A model generated the notes under the pieces. The model was not told the origin of the DNA and searched no databases. It was given only the letters and a program-made list of their open reading frames with translations. From an uncultured Coxiellaceae bacterium (GTDB lineage Bacteria; Myxococcota_A; Polyangia; Polyangiales; Houyiibacteriaceae): a DNA stretch of 64,000 bases. Shown here piece by piece: positions 19,403-28,578 of the stretch. Made by a program: the position numbers and the translations under genes. Positions within the stretch are counted from its first letter, which is position 1. Every line of letters starts with the position of its first letter. The stretch spans positions 192 to 64,191 of the forward strand of contig CAXMND010000179.1 in assembly GCA_964194675.1 (NCBI GenBank), in the 5' to 3' direction.

Positions 19403-21316
19403 CTAGGAGCGACCAGGGATACCCCGCGCGTCGCGCCATAGCTCGAAGTTCAGCATGGTCCAGAGAATCTTACGGTGGTTTCGTTTTGCTGTGCGGTGCT
19501 CTTCGATGAGTCGCTGCACGCGGGTCGACTCGAAGTATCCAGCGGCCTTCGTGCGTGACTCCGACAACAGATCGTTCACCATCTCCTCGAGCGGCCCTTT
19601 GAGCCAAGCCGCTACCGGAATGCCGAATCCCTTCTTCGACCTGTTGACCACTTCTTTTGGCAAGCGGTCCTGCATGGCGGCTTTGAGAATTGCTTTGCCG
19701 CGTCCGGGGAAATGCAACTTTTCGGAGGCGGGCAGGGCTGCGATAAACTCGACGAGCGAGCGATCCAAGAATGGAGACCGGGCTTCGAGTGATACCGCCA
19801 TGCTCGCGCGATCTACTTTGTGCAAGATGTCTTCTGCGAGGTACGTCCGGCAGTACTGATAGGACAAACGCTGCAAATCAGACCGCGTGTCAGGCGCGTC
19901 GTACTCGGCGGCAGCAAACGACAACACGGATTCGGCAGGGAACTTCTCACGGAGGTCTGCATGTAGAGGATCATCCGGATCTCCAGGAATCGCGCTTCCC
20001 AACCAGAGCGGATGACGCCATCGCCGCGGTGCATCGGCAGCGCGCAGGAAGGCGTTCATCTTGAAGTCGAAGCTGAGGTTCTTGGTGCTGACCGGAAGTG
20101 CCCGTCCCACTCGACCAATGCCGCCCCGGAGCGGCCGAGGCAGTTGCGCAAACGCGTTTGCAAATGACTCGACAAAAAACGTTGGGTACCCCAGGAGGAG
20201 CTCGTCGCTGCCGTCGCCACCGAGGGCCACCGTTACGTGCTCGCGCGCGAAGCCGCTGAGCAAGTACATCGGAAGCAGACTCGCGTCCCCAAAGGGTTCG
20301 TCGAGGCCCGACACGACTTCCGGGAGCACGTCCTTCATTGCGTCAGCGGTAAACACGCGTTCGTGATGTTCCGTGCCGAGGCGTTGCGCGACCAATCGCG
20401 CCATCGAGGATTCGTCGTAGCTCCGTTCTTGGAAGCCGATCGAGAACGTCTTCACGCTCGCAGCGGGGCGCTGTCTCACGACCGAAGCTGCGACGGAGCT
20501 TGAATCGATGCCGCCGGACAGGAACACACCCAGCGGTACATCCGCCATGAGTCGGCGTCCGACCGCACGGTCGAACAGCTCGGTAAATCGCTGGGTGGCG
20601 TTCTCGGGAGGGGGCGTGTCCTTGATGGGAATGTGCCAATACGAAGTCTGGTCTACGTTGCCGCGTTCGAAACTCAACCACGCCCCAGGAAGCAGCTTGC
20701 GAACACCCAGGACCATCGATAGTTCGCCCGGCAGGTACTCGAACGTTACATACGCAGCCAGTCCCTCTTCATCGATGGCTGGCTGAACGTCCGGATGGAG
20801 CAGCAGAGCTTTCACCTCTGACGCGAACGCCAAACCGCCACCGGGAAGCGCAGAGTAGAAGAGCGGTTTCTGTCCCATTCGATCCCGTGCGAGCAGCAAT
20901 CGTCTCGCGGCACCGTCCCAAATCCCGAATGCGAACATGCCGTCAATGCGGTCTAGCAACTTGGCGATTCCCCATTCGGCATAGCCGTGGACCAGTACTT
21001 CGGTGTCGCAGGCAGAGCGAAATGCGTGGCCGCACGACTCGAGCTCGGAGCGCAGATCGCGATGATTGTAGATCTCCCCATTGTACGTGACCCATACCGT
21101 ACCCTCGGCGTTCGACATCGGCTGGGCTCCGCCCAGGAGGTCGATGACCTTGAGTCGACGATGTCCGAGCGAGACCCCGCCGTCCTGGTGATAGCCTTCC
21201 GCGTCTGGGCCACGGTGCGTCAACGCGGTAGTCATCGCTCGGATCACATCACGTGGAACAGGCTGTGCGTTTGGAGTCCCGGCTTCGGGGTAAACGATCC
21301 CTGTGATCCCGCACAT
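19403..21316 (-). CDS. asnB: Asparagine synthase (glutamine-hydrolysing) family amidotransferase
   Basis: The N-terminal 'MCGITGIV' provides the Ntn nucleophile Cys2, and the PP-loop is 'FLSGGIDSSSVA'. The protein is 637 aa. Confidence 0.9.
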   Translation of the reverse strand: MCGITGIVYPEAGTPNAQPVPRDVIRAMTTALTHRGPDAEGYHQDGGVSLGHRRLKVIDLLGGAQPMSNAEGTVWVTYNGEIYNHRDLRSELESCGHAFRSACDTEVLVHGYAEWGIAKLLDRIDGMFAFGIWDGAARRLLLARDRMGQKPLFYSALPGGGLAFASEVKALLLHPDVQPAIDEEGLAAYVTFEYLPGELSMVLGVRKLLPGAWLSFERGNVDQTSYWHIPIKDTPPPENATQRFTELFDRAVGRRLMADVPLGVFLSGGIDSSSVAASVVRQRPAASVKTFSIGFQERSYDESSMARLVAQRLGTEHHERVFTADAMKDVLPEVVSGLDEPFGDASLLPMYLLSGFAREHVTVALGGDGSDELLLGYPTFFVESFANAFAQLPRPLRGGIGRVGRALPVSTKNLSFDFKMNAFLRAADAPRRWRHPLWLGSAIPGDPDDPLHADLREKFPAESVLSFAAAEYDAPDTRSDLQRLSYQYCRTYLAEDILHKVDRASMAVSLEARSPFLDRSLVEFIAALPASEKLHFPGRGKAILKAAMQDRLPKEVVNRSKKGFGIPVAAWLKGPLEEMVNDLLSESRTKAAGYFESTRVQRLIEEHRTAKRNHRKILWTMLNFELWRDARGIPGRS

Positions 21317-21317
21317 C

Positions 21318-22154
21318 TCAGTTATCCGGACGTCGAAAAAGGAACTCGTTGTTTCGCAGGCTATTGGTGGAGATCAAATTTTCCAACGTGTAGCCGAAGC
21401 GCCCTCGAACAAAACTGAAGATCTCCTCCACGGACGCGTATTCGTAAGGCCATCCGCCAAGCCAATCGCGAATGTCCACCAACCACGACATGCCGCGATT
21501 TTGCTTGTGTTGTTGAATTTCGCGAATCGGGTTGCGGCCTGACAAGAGGTAGGCGCTCACCATGCCTGTCGCTGCGGCGTAGTCCATCGCGCGTTGGCCC
21601 ACCTTTGGAAGTCGATTGTAGAAGACCTTTTCTCGTTCCCAAAAACGCGAGGACCCCGCGCGCCCGTCGGAATAGAGTCCCAGCCCATCAGCACGATTGT
21701 AGATCGCGATCCACATCAAACCGCCCGGTTTGACGAGACTTGCAGCGTTCTCGATCGCGTCCCACATCCCGCCCGTATGGTGCAGAACACCCCATGAGTA
21801 GACGACGTCGAACTCGCCCAGCGCCCGCATCGCCTCATCGTCGAGCACCGAGGCTTCCAAGACCTCCCAGTTCGCTGGCTCACCCCCGTCAATGCGAAGC
21901 TGCCTGCAGCAGGCCACTGAGTCTGGGTTGACGTCGAAGCTCACGATTCGCTTGGCACCGAGCTTGTAGGCCGCCCAGGAGAATAGCCCGCTTCCACAAC
22001 CAACATCGACAAACGTCGTACCCTCGAGCGAGCTCTGCCCTAGGAACGTAGGTAGCGAGCGGAGTGCCTCTTGGCGACGTTCATCGGTCAAATGGTGATC
22101 GATGAAGGAACGCCAGTTCGATCCGAAGTCATATCCATCGTCAGTTGTCCCCAT
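21318..22154 (-). CDS. Class I SAM-dependent methyltransferase
   Basis: I trimmed the start to the ATG at 22154 ('MGTTDDGYDF'), because the longer ORF would overlap the upstream gene's end. Motif I is 'FVDVGCGSGLFS', followed by 'VVYSWGVLHHT'. It is separated from asnB by 1 nt. Confidence 0.75.
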   Translation of the reverse strand: MGTTDDGYDFGSNWRSFIDHHLTDERRQEALRSLPTFLGQSSLEGTTFVDVGCGSGLFSWAAYKLGAKRIVSFDVNPDSVACCRQLRIDGGEPANWEVLEASVLDDEAMRALGEFDVVYSWGVLHHTGGMWDAIENAASLVKPGGLMWIAIYNRADGLGLYSDGRAGSSRFWEREKVFYNRLPKVGQRAMDYAAATGMVSAYLLSGRNPIREIQQHKQNRGMSWLVDIRDWLGGWPYEYASVEEIFSFVRGRFGYTLENLISTNSLRNNEFLFRRPDN

Positions 22155-22212
22155 CAGGGCGACCACTTTGGCAAATACGATTCGCCGAAGCAACCGCCGC
22201 GCCGTGGATTTG

Positions 22213-24588
22213 CTATTTTCGAACGTAAAGCTTCCAAGGAACTGGTCGACCCTTGCGATCCGCGTTTTGCAGTGGCCGATTCGCCACGTGCTGAAAGCCC
22301 TTTGATCTGAGTTTCGCAGTAGTCGAGTTGGCGCACCTGGGGTCGACGACGATGTAGTCGGCCTGCATGAACATCGCATCGGGGCTGTCCCCGCTCGGGA
22401 CGATCGGCTTTGGGAAACGCCGCCGATCCGGTCCGAAAGCGGGGACGGTCATTTCGGAAAATGGGTAGAGACCAGACGCATAGAAATCGTCGCACCCAAA
22501 GAAGGCGACCTTGCCAAACGGCACGTCTCGTGGAGGCTCAACCGGCATTCGAGCCACCCAATGCCGACCGATCTTCTTGCGATCAACCGTGTATCGAAAT
22601 GCGAAGTCGAAGAAGGCAAGATCTCCCGCAACCGAGTCCCACCCCTTGGATGTCTGATCTCGCCAGACAAGGTGCGTCACACCTAGGTCGTGGAGCAACT
22701 CCCACACCTCACGTGGCGACCCAAGGCGTCCGTAGCTCATTCCGTATTGCCAGGTACTCCAATCCGAGGTGGTTCGGCGGGAGAGTCCTAGGTGAACGTG
22801 ATTGTCATGCAGCAAGACGTGTGCATCTTCAGGAAGGGCCTTGCGCACCGCAACCCAGCCGGAAAACACCTCGAGGCGCTTCTGGTATTGACCTTTGTGT
22901 CCTGCGGCTAGCAGGTCTGCCACTCGTTTGACGGGTGACCGAATCATCGCGTGACTCTGGATGAAGTACACGTCAGCCCCGACGAGCACCTGCGTGACGA
23001 TCAGTATGGACACTGCAATCCTGGAAAGGCGGTTGGTCTGCCAGATGCGAATGATGATGGCGGCAGTCACGGCCGCCATCCACGGAACGAGTGTCTGTAG
23101 GTACCGGTCCTGGTGATGTACGGAATACCAAGTGAACACCGCAGCCAGCGTGAGGCCTACGAGGCCCCAGATCCGTTTCGTGTTCTTGAGGAACGGTAGA
23201 CACAAGATCAACAGCGTAAAGAGAGAACCGAACACGGGAACTTTCCCGTGGAAGCGGTTCCAGTCGTGGGGAACGAACGAGAAGGTGAAGAGCGCTGTCA
23301 ATGACTCGAGGATTCCCGACCAACTGCGCTCAGGTCGCCAGAACTGATGTTCCTTGTAGCCCCACTCGAAGAGATTGGCGGCGTCTTCGGTCCATGGACG
23401 CAACGTGAGGTACTCGTAGAAGGACGGATAGACAGGGTCTCCGTACCAAATCCAATTTCGCGCCCAAAAGAAGGCCGTGGCGGCGAGGGCGACCACTGCG
23501 GCGGCTGCAGGACCCCTCCAACGTAGTTGGCGTTCTCGAACGCTCCGCCACACTACGACTGCGGCAACCGTGAGTGCGGCGCCCGGAACCAGCATGAGGC
23601 CTGCCGTCACTTTGGTCATCGCGGCGCCGGCCATCATGAGCGCTAACAGCGCGCAGCGCCCGGGTGGCAGAGTCGGCATGGCGCGCACCAAAGTGATGAA
23701 GATCGGCAACGCAAAGAGCGCCGCGATGTGGTCGGCTCCGCCGGCCAAGCTAGAATCGTAGAGTAGCACGCCGGGAAACAGGAACCGGACGACCCACGAT
23801 CCGGTAGCCCTCGAGCCGGGCACGAGGAGCCGGACGGCTGGTGGGATAGTTGCGATTGCCCATAGGAAACACGTGAACTCCAGATGCGCAGAGAGCGCGA
23901 CCTGATCGAAGAGCTCTCCGGTTGGTATCAGAAATGCCCACGTATACAGAATCGCTGCCAGATGAGGGTTGGTTGCAATGGTCCAGCCCTCGGCGAAGCG
24001 GGGAATGAACCCCACGTGTGCGTACTGCTCGGCGAGCGCGAGGTGCTGCCAGCGTGCGTCGAATTGTGCATTCTCTGGGGTGATGATCTTGAAATAGATC
24101 ATCGCGAGGACCAGCAGCCCGAACGCCCAGACGAGCGTGTGCAAAATCGTCTTCGCCCGTCCCGACTGTGAACAACTGCGGACGTGGCGCGCGTAGCGTC
24201 GAACCAGCCGTGCGAGCGGCATTGCGCCGGCGGCCGCCATCAAGAGCGGAAGCACGAAAAACGTGGGCCACTGCAGCGCGCCAAGCGTCCCCAAGACATT
24301 CATCAGCAGGTAAAAGACGACGACCCCGGAAGCGAAACTCAGGCAAAGCGTTTCCACAAAGGGAAGAGGTTGCCCGCGTAGCTTTCGGACGAGCAGATAC
24401 CCGGTGCTCAGGCAGCCCGTGGTCCACAACGCACATGCTGCCCAGTAGGATGCGTACCTCCAGAAGAGCCACTCGCCGATGGGGTAGAAGCGATCATAGA
24501 AGATAGCGAAACCAGCAGCCGACAAGAGCAGCACCAGCGGTAGCGCGGCACGCTGAATCGTCTGCGATCTGCCTTCCCGAGGCGTCAC
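22213..24588 (-). CDS. Large polytopic membrane protein, possible GT-C-fold glycosyltransferase, with a ~250-aa C-terminal soluble domain
   Basis: The 791-aa ORF has about 13 or more TM helices. An acidic/aromatic first loop ('ITPENAQFDARWQHLALAEQY') is reminiscent of ArnT/PMT-type GT-C enzymes. This assignment is tentative, and the GTG start is uncertain. Confidence 0.5.
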   Translation of the reverse strand: MTPREGRSQTIQRAALPLVLLLSAAGFAIFYDRFYPIGEWLFWRYASYWAACALWTTGCLSTGYLLVRKLRGQPLPFVETLCLSFASGVVVFYLLMNVLGTLGALQWPTFFVLPLLMAAAGAMPLARLVRRYARHVRSCSQSGRAKTILHTLVWAFGLLVLAMIYFKIITPENAQFDARWQHLALAEQYAHVGFIPRFAEGWTIATNPHLAAILYTWAFLIPTGELFDQVALSAHLEFTCFLWAIATIPPAVRLLVPGSRATGSWVVRFLFPGVLLYDSSLAGGADHIAALFALPIFITLVRAMPTLPPGRCALLALMMAGAAMTKVTAGLMLVPGAALTVAAVVVWRSVRERQLRWRGPAAAAVVALAATAFFWARNWIWYGDPVYPSFYEYLTLRPWTEDAANLFEWGYKEHQFWRPERSWSGILESLTALFTFSFVPHDWNRFHGKVPVFGSLFTLLILCLPFLKNTKRIWGLVGLTLAAVFTWYSVHHQDRYLQTLVPWMAAVTAAIIIRIWQTNRLSRIAVSILIVTQVLVGADVYFIQSHAMIRSPVKRVADLLAAGHKGQYQKRLEVFSGWVAVRKALPEDAHVLLHDNHVHLGLSRRTTSDWSTWQYGMSYGRLGSPREVWELLHDLGVTHLVWRDQTSKGWDSVAGDLAFFDFAFRYTVDRKKIGRHWVARMPVEPPRDVPFGKVAFFGCDDFYASGLYPFSEMTVPAFGPDRRRFPKPIVPSGDSPDAMFMQADYIVVDPRCANSTTAKLRSKGFQHVANRPLQNADRKGRPVPWKLYVRK

Positions 24589-24751
24589 ATCAACACCACG
24601 AATGCCCCGGTTTCCCGTGCGACCGGTACGCTCGACGGGTGGACCCCTGACAGTCTAAGCTCGATGTACTCATGGGAACCTGTCTTCACAAAGGCAGGGC
24701 TCGGTTTCACCCGCAGCGAGCGTAGCCCGGAATTCGCCGTGGCAGCAACCC

Positions 24752-25630
24752 TCAGTAGTTTCGCACTACGACTTCGCTCACCTTGCCGCGCTTCTTCGCG
24801 TTGCAGTTGATCGCTCGCGGGGACGCTACGGTATCGGTGCGGAAGTCTTGGTACAGCTCTCGGATGAAGGGTACGTCGCTGTTGGAGAGCATGAGTTTGC
24901 AGCCTCGGTGGTCTAGAGCGCGGTAGACGTCGCGAAGGCGGATTTGATCCTCTTGGGGGAACCCACCTTGCGCATACGACGTGAAGCTTGCCGTTTCCGA
25001 TACCGGCTCGTATGGCGGGTCGAAGTAGATGAAGTCGCCGGGCTTGGCGTTTTCGAGGAGGCTTTCGAAGTCGGTGCATCTCAGGTCGGCGCTCTGTAGG
25101 GCGTGGCTTGCGGCGTAGAGGCCTTCTTCATTCAGGATCTTCGGGTTCTCGTAGGAGCCGACGGGGACATTGAACTCGCCTTTGCGATTGACGCGGTGAA
25201 GACCGTTGAAGCAGGTCTTGTTCAGGTAAATGAACATCGCTGCGCGCTTCGATGCGGAGAGTCGGTGGCCTTGGTTGTAGCGCTCGCGAACCCTGTAATA
25301 GCTCTCCTTCGAGTGGTGGCTGGCGAGCCCGCGCAGGCCTTGGATCACCTTCTGCACGTCGTTGCGAATCGCTGCGTAAGTCGCCAACAAGGCGGGGTTG
25401 ATGTCAGTCAGGAGCGCACGCTCGGGGATGCGTGCGAAAAAAAGTGCGCCACCGCCGACGAAGGGCTCGACGTGGCGCATCCGGGCGATCCCTGGGGGAA
25501 GCAGCGGTCGCAGCTGGCTCAGCAGTCGGCCCTTGCCCCCCGCCCACTTCACGAAGGGGGCTGCCTCCCTCGGCTGCTGCTGAATCCTTGCTGCGACCGC
25601 TGCAGGTGTCGTCATATGTAGTATGATCAC
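24752..25630 (-). CDS. dam: Dam-family (alpha-class, D12) N6-adenine DNA methyltransferase, orphan
   Basis: It contains 'PFVKWAGGKGRLL', 'EPFVGGGALFF', 'NKTCFNGLHRVN' and the catalytic 'YFDPPYEP'. The start may be the second ATG ('MTTPAAV'). Confidence 0.88.
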   Translation of the reverse strand: MIILHMTTPAAVAARIQQQPREAAPFVKWAGGKGRLLSQLRPLLPPGIARMRHVEPFVGGGALFFARIPERALLTDINPALLATYAAIRNDVQKVIQGLRGLASHHSKESYYRVRERYNQGHRLSASKRAAMFIYLNKTCFNGLHRVNRKGEFNVPVGSYENPKILNEEGLYAASHALQSADLRCTDFESLLENAKPGDFIYFDPPYEPVSETASFTSYAQGGFPQEDQIRLRDVYRALDHRGCKLMLSNSDVPFIRELYQDFRTDTVASPRAINCNAKKRGKVSEVVVRNY

Positions 25631-25727
25631 CTACACACGCACCAAACCGGAAGAAACCGGCACCCACAGCATCAATTTCCCTGTGTTTTCGGGGCCTACC
25701 CCCTGGCGACGAAGTCGCTTTACGGGG

Positions 25728-27005
25728 CTACCTAGCTTTGGCGATCATATCGTCCAGGCGTCCGACGGCCTCTTCGAGCACTGGCATCGGGGGGCCGAAC
25801 GAGAACCGCATGTGGTTCACGAACCGTGACGGCCGGCCACTGCGGCGCTTTCCAGGGTTCACATCGAAGAAGTGCCCCGGCACGCAGATCACCTGCTGGT
25901 CGAGCGCGGTCTTGAAGAAGTCGTCGCTGTTCCGGATCGAAGGCGGGAGCTCGCTCAGGTCACCCCACGCGTAAAACGTGGCCTGGGGCTCGAGGTCGAA
26001 CCGCACCCCGATGTCCTTCAAGCTTTTGACGAGGAAGTCGCGCTTCTTACGAAACTCCGTCCGAACCGCTTTGGTCTCCGCCAGGGTGGGCTTTTCTTGC
26101 ACAAGCTCGATCGCGGCGCGCTGCATCGGGGCTACGCCGCCACCGTCCAAGAACGACCCGGCACTCGCCGCCGACTCGATCACGCGCTTCGGCCCGAGGA
26201 TCCAACTCACCCGGAAGCCTGGGTACCGCCAGTTCTTGGTAAGCCCGTCGAAGACCACGATCGGATCCTCGTCGACGTCCTCGACGTACTGCGCTGCGCT
26301 CACGATCGACTGATCGCCGGTCCAGACGTAGTGCGAGTAGAACTCGTCGAGCAGGAGAGCGCAGCCCAAGCTTCGCGACTTTTCGACCCAGTCCGCGAGG
26401 ACGTCTCCTTCGACGATTTTGCCCGTTGGGTTGCACGGGTTGCTCAGCAAGATCGCGCTCAGACCGAGACCGAGGATCTCCTCCTCGAGCTGTGCCGCGC
26501 TGAACTCGTACCCCGACTTGGGGTCGAGAAGAATCGGGATCGGCAGGAAACGCCGGAACACGTCGAGGAGCTCTTCGTACGCCGTGTAGTCCGGTAAGAA
26601 GTGGCCGAGATGAATCGGCGCGATCGCCGCGCATGCCCGCATGACCGCGACACGCCCGCCGCCTGCGATCCCGACATTCTCTGCGGAGTACTGCGATTTC
26701 ATCCCGCGGCGAAAGAGCTTGTTGTAGAGCCCCGCGACGGCCTCTCGGAGCTCCCACACGCCGGGCACGGGTGCGTAGTCGAGATCATAGCTGTGCACGT
26801 CGATCTGCGTGACTCGCTCGGGGGCGCCGGGAAGCGCTCCGGTGTCGGGCTGACCTTGGCCGAGATTGCACCACCCCGGCGCGTCCATCTTGAACCCGCG
26901 CTTTTGCGCCTCGACCGTCACGTAGATCACACCGGTGCGCGGGACAGGGCGAAACGCGGCAACCTCAACCACGTCGTTCATGGGCTTGGACCTGTCTTCG
27001 TTCAT
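25728..27005 (-). CDS. Class I/II pyridoxal-phosphate aminotransferase
   Basis: I trimmed the start to the ATG at 27005 ('MNEDRSKP'). It contains 'LLSNPCNPTG' and the PLP-Lys region 'FDGLTKNWRYPGFRVSW'. Confidence 0.8.
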   Translation of the reverse strand: MNEDRSKPMNDVVEVAAFRPVPRTGVIYVTVEAQKRGFKMDAPGWCNLGQGQPDTGALPGAPERVTQIDVHSYDLDYAPVPGVWELREAVAGLYNKLFRRGMKSQYSAENVGIAGGGRVAVMRACAAIAPIHLGHFLPDYTAYEELLDVFRRFLPIPILLDPKSGYEFSAAQLEEEILGLGLSAILLSNPCNPTGKIVEGDVLADWVEKSRSLGCALLLDEFYSHYVWTGDQSIVSAAQYVEDVDEDPIVVFDGLTKNWRYPGFRVSWILGPKRVIESAASAGSFLDGGGVAPMQRAAIELVQEKPTLAETKAVRTEFRKKRDFLVKSLKDIGVRFDLEPQATFYAWGDLSELPPSIRNSDDFFKTALDQQVICVPGHFFDVNPGKRRSGRPSRFVNHMRFSFGPPMPVLEEAVGRLDDMIAKAR

Positions 27006-27053
27006 GGGCCGGCGAACTCTAGCAGAAGTCCGGAAATGCGATAGCCTTCCTCG

Positions 27054-27800
27054 ATGGACGTGCTGCGGATCGAGGAGCTGATGGTGGACTGCGTGGTCGG
27101 GGTGTACCCGCACGAGCGCAACGCCTCTCAACCGCTTCGCGTCGATGTCGAGATGCGCCTCGACACCGAGGCCTCTGCTGTGAAGGAGAGCTTCTCGTCG
27201 ACAGTCGACTACGCTGCCACCGCTTCCCAGCTCGTCTTCCTGCTTCGAAGCTGTCGCTTTCGTTTGCTCGAGACCGCTGCCCACGTGCTCGCCCGGTACC
27301 TCCTAGCGCCCCCCGCACCCGACGAACGCCGTGCCCAACTCGATTCGGTGGTCGTACGGCTGACGAAGCCAGGCGCGCTGCGTGGGTTCGCAGTGCCGTC
27401 GCTCGAGATCGAACGCCCGGCTCCATGGTGCGTGATCGATGTCGAAACCAAGCCCTTCGGCATCGTCGATGTCATCCACGAGACCAAAGGTGCGGGCATC
27501 TATCGGCTCAACGTCGCCCCGGGCAAAGGGATCCCGCTCCACATGCATCGCCAAATGCGCGAGGCGGAGATGGTCCTCGGCGATGGCCTTCTCTGCCAGG
27601 GCCAACCGTGCCCTCCTGGTACCGTGCATCGTTGGCCGCGGGGCGCTGCACACACTTATTCGAACCCCACCGAGCGGCACCAGACGATCCTCTGCGTCGA
27701 TTCGCCACGTTTCATCGAAGAAGACGAAATCGAAGTGGACGGCGAGCCGGCCGATGTGCCTGCCGAAACGCCGTGGGGACCAATCGCGGGGCTTGGGTAG
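27054..27800 (+). CDS. Dihydroneopterin aldolase/epimerase (FolB/FolX-like) domain fused to a cupin domain
   Basis: The N-terminal ~120 aa ('IEELMVDCVVGVYPHERNASQPLRVDVEM...TVDYAA') is FolB-like. The C-terminal region carries the cupin motifs 'GIPLHMHRQMREAEMVLGDG' and 'PPGTVHRWPRGAAHTYSN'. Confidence 0.7.
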   Translation: MDVLRIEELMVDCVVGVYPHERNASQPLRVDVEMRLDTEASAVKESFSSTVDYAATASQLVFLLRSCRFRLLETAAHVLARYLLAPPAPDERRAQLDSVVVRLTKPGALRGFAVPSLEIERPAPWCVIDVETKPFGIVDVIHETKGAGIYRLNVAPGKGIPLHMHRQMREAEMVLGDGLLCQGQPCPPGTVHRWPRGAAHTYSNPTERHQTILCVDSPRFIEEDEIEVDGEPADVPAETPWGPIAGLG

Positions 27801-27801
27801 C

Positions 27802-28527
27802 GTGAGCGTCTCGGAGGGCAGGGTGGTCGTCACGGGGGCCACCCGCGGAATCGGTCGCGCCACAGCGCACGCGATTCTCGAGCGAGGTGGCAAAGTGATC
27901 GCGATCGGTCGAAACGCAGATCTCCTTCAAGAGCTGCGTGGCCGGGACGAAGAACGGGTTCGCACCGTCGCGGCAGACCTCGGAGACCTCGAAAGGGTGC
28001 CGTTGGTCGCTGAACAGGCCCTCGCTGCGTTCGGGGGCGCGGATGGTTTGGTCAATTGCGCCGGGGTGGCGCGGTATGAGCGGGTGGGCGCGATCCAGCT
28101 CGAATCCCTCGAGGCGCAGTTTCGACTCAACTTGATGGCGCCTCTCTTGCTCTCGCAGATCGTGGCTGAGCATCTCCGCGGCCGAGGTGGCGCGATCGTC
28201 AACGTGTCGAGCACGTTGTCCGAGCGTGTCGCGCCTGGCACGGCGGCGTACGCGGCAACCAAGGCCGCCCTCAACACAGTCACCAAGGCCATGGCGCTCG
28301 AGCTCGCGTCTGCCGGCGTTCGCGTGAATGCGGTTCTTCCAGGAGCGGTCGACACCGACATGCTTCGAGTCCGACCCGCGGCCCAGCTCGAGGCGCTTCG
28401 GTCGCGGCATCCTATCGGGCGGCTGGGCCGGCCTGAAGATGTGGCAACTGTGATCGTTGGATTGCTCGATCATCCGTGGCAAACCGGCAGCCTCGTGACC
28501 GTCGACGGAGGCCTGTCGATCGCCTAG
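27802..28527 (+). CDS. Short-chain dehydrogenase/reductase
   Basis: I trimmed the start to the GTG at 27802, which is 2 nt after the upstream stop. It has 'VVVTGATRGIG' (the TGxxxGxG cofactor motif), the catalytic 'YAATKAAL' and 'PGAVDTDM'. Confidence 0.85.
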   Translation: MSVSEGRVVVTGATRGIGRATAHAILERGGKVIAIGRNADLLQELRGRDEERVRTVAADLGDLERVPLVAEQALAAFGGADGLVNCAGVARYERVGAIQLESLEAQFRLNLMAPLLLSQIVAEHLRGRGGAIVNVSSTLSERVAPGTAAYAATKAALNTVTKAMALELASAGVRVNAVLPGAVDTDMLRVRPAAQLEALRSRHPIGRLGRPEDVATVIVGLLDHPWQTGSLVTVDGGLSIA

Positions 28528-28578
28528 ACCGGTCTTAGGGTTGAAGGTCCTCGCGTTTTCACACACACTCCGGCGGCC

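Noticed and set aside
24585-25079. A 164-aa ORF overlapping the 3' part of dam, considered as a possible restriction or repair partner
   Set aside because: It lies out of frame inside the dam coding sequence. It is extremely Arg/Pro-rich and has no nuclease motifs.
28528-28578. PyrR-binding anti-antiterminator hairpin upstream of pyrR
   Set aside because: There is no match to the UCCAGAGAGG-type binding loop in the 51-nt gap. Only a trivial GACCGGTC palindrome is present.
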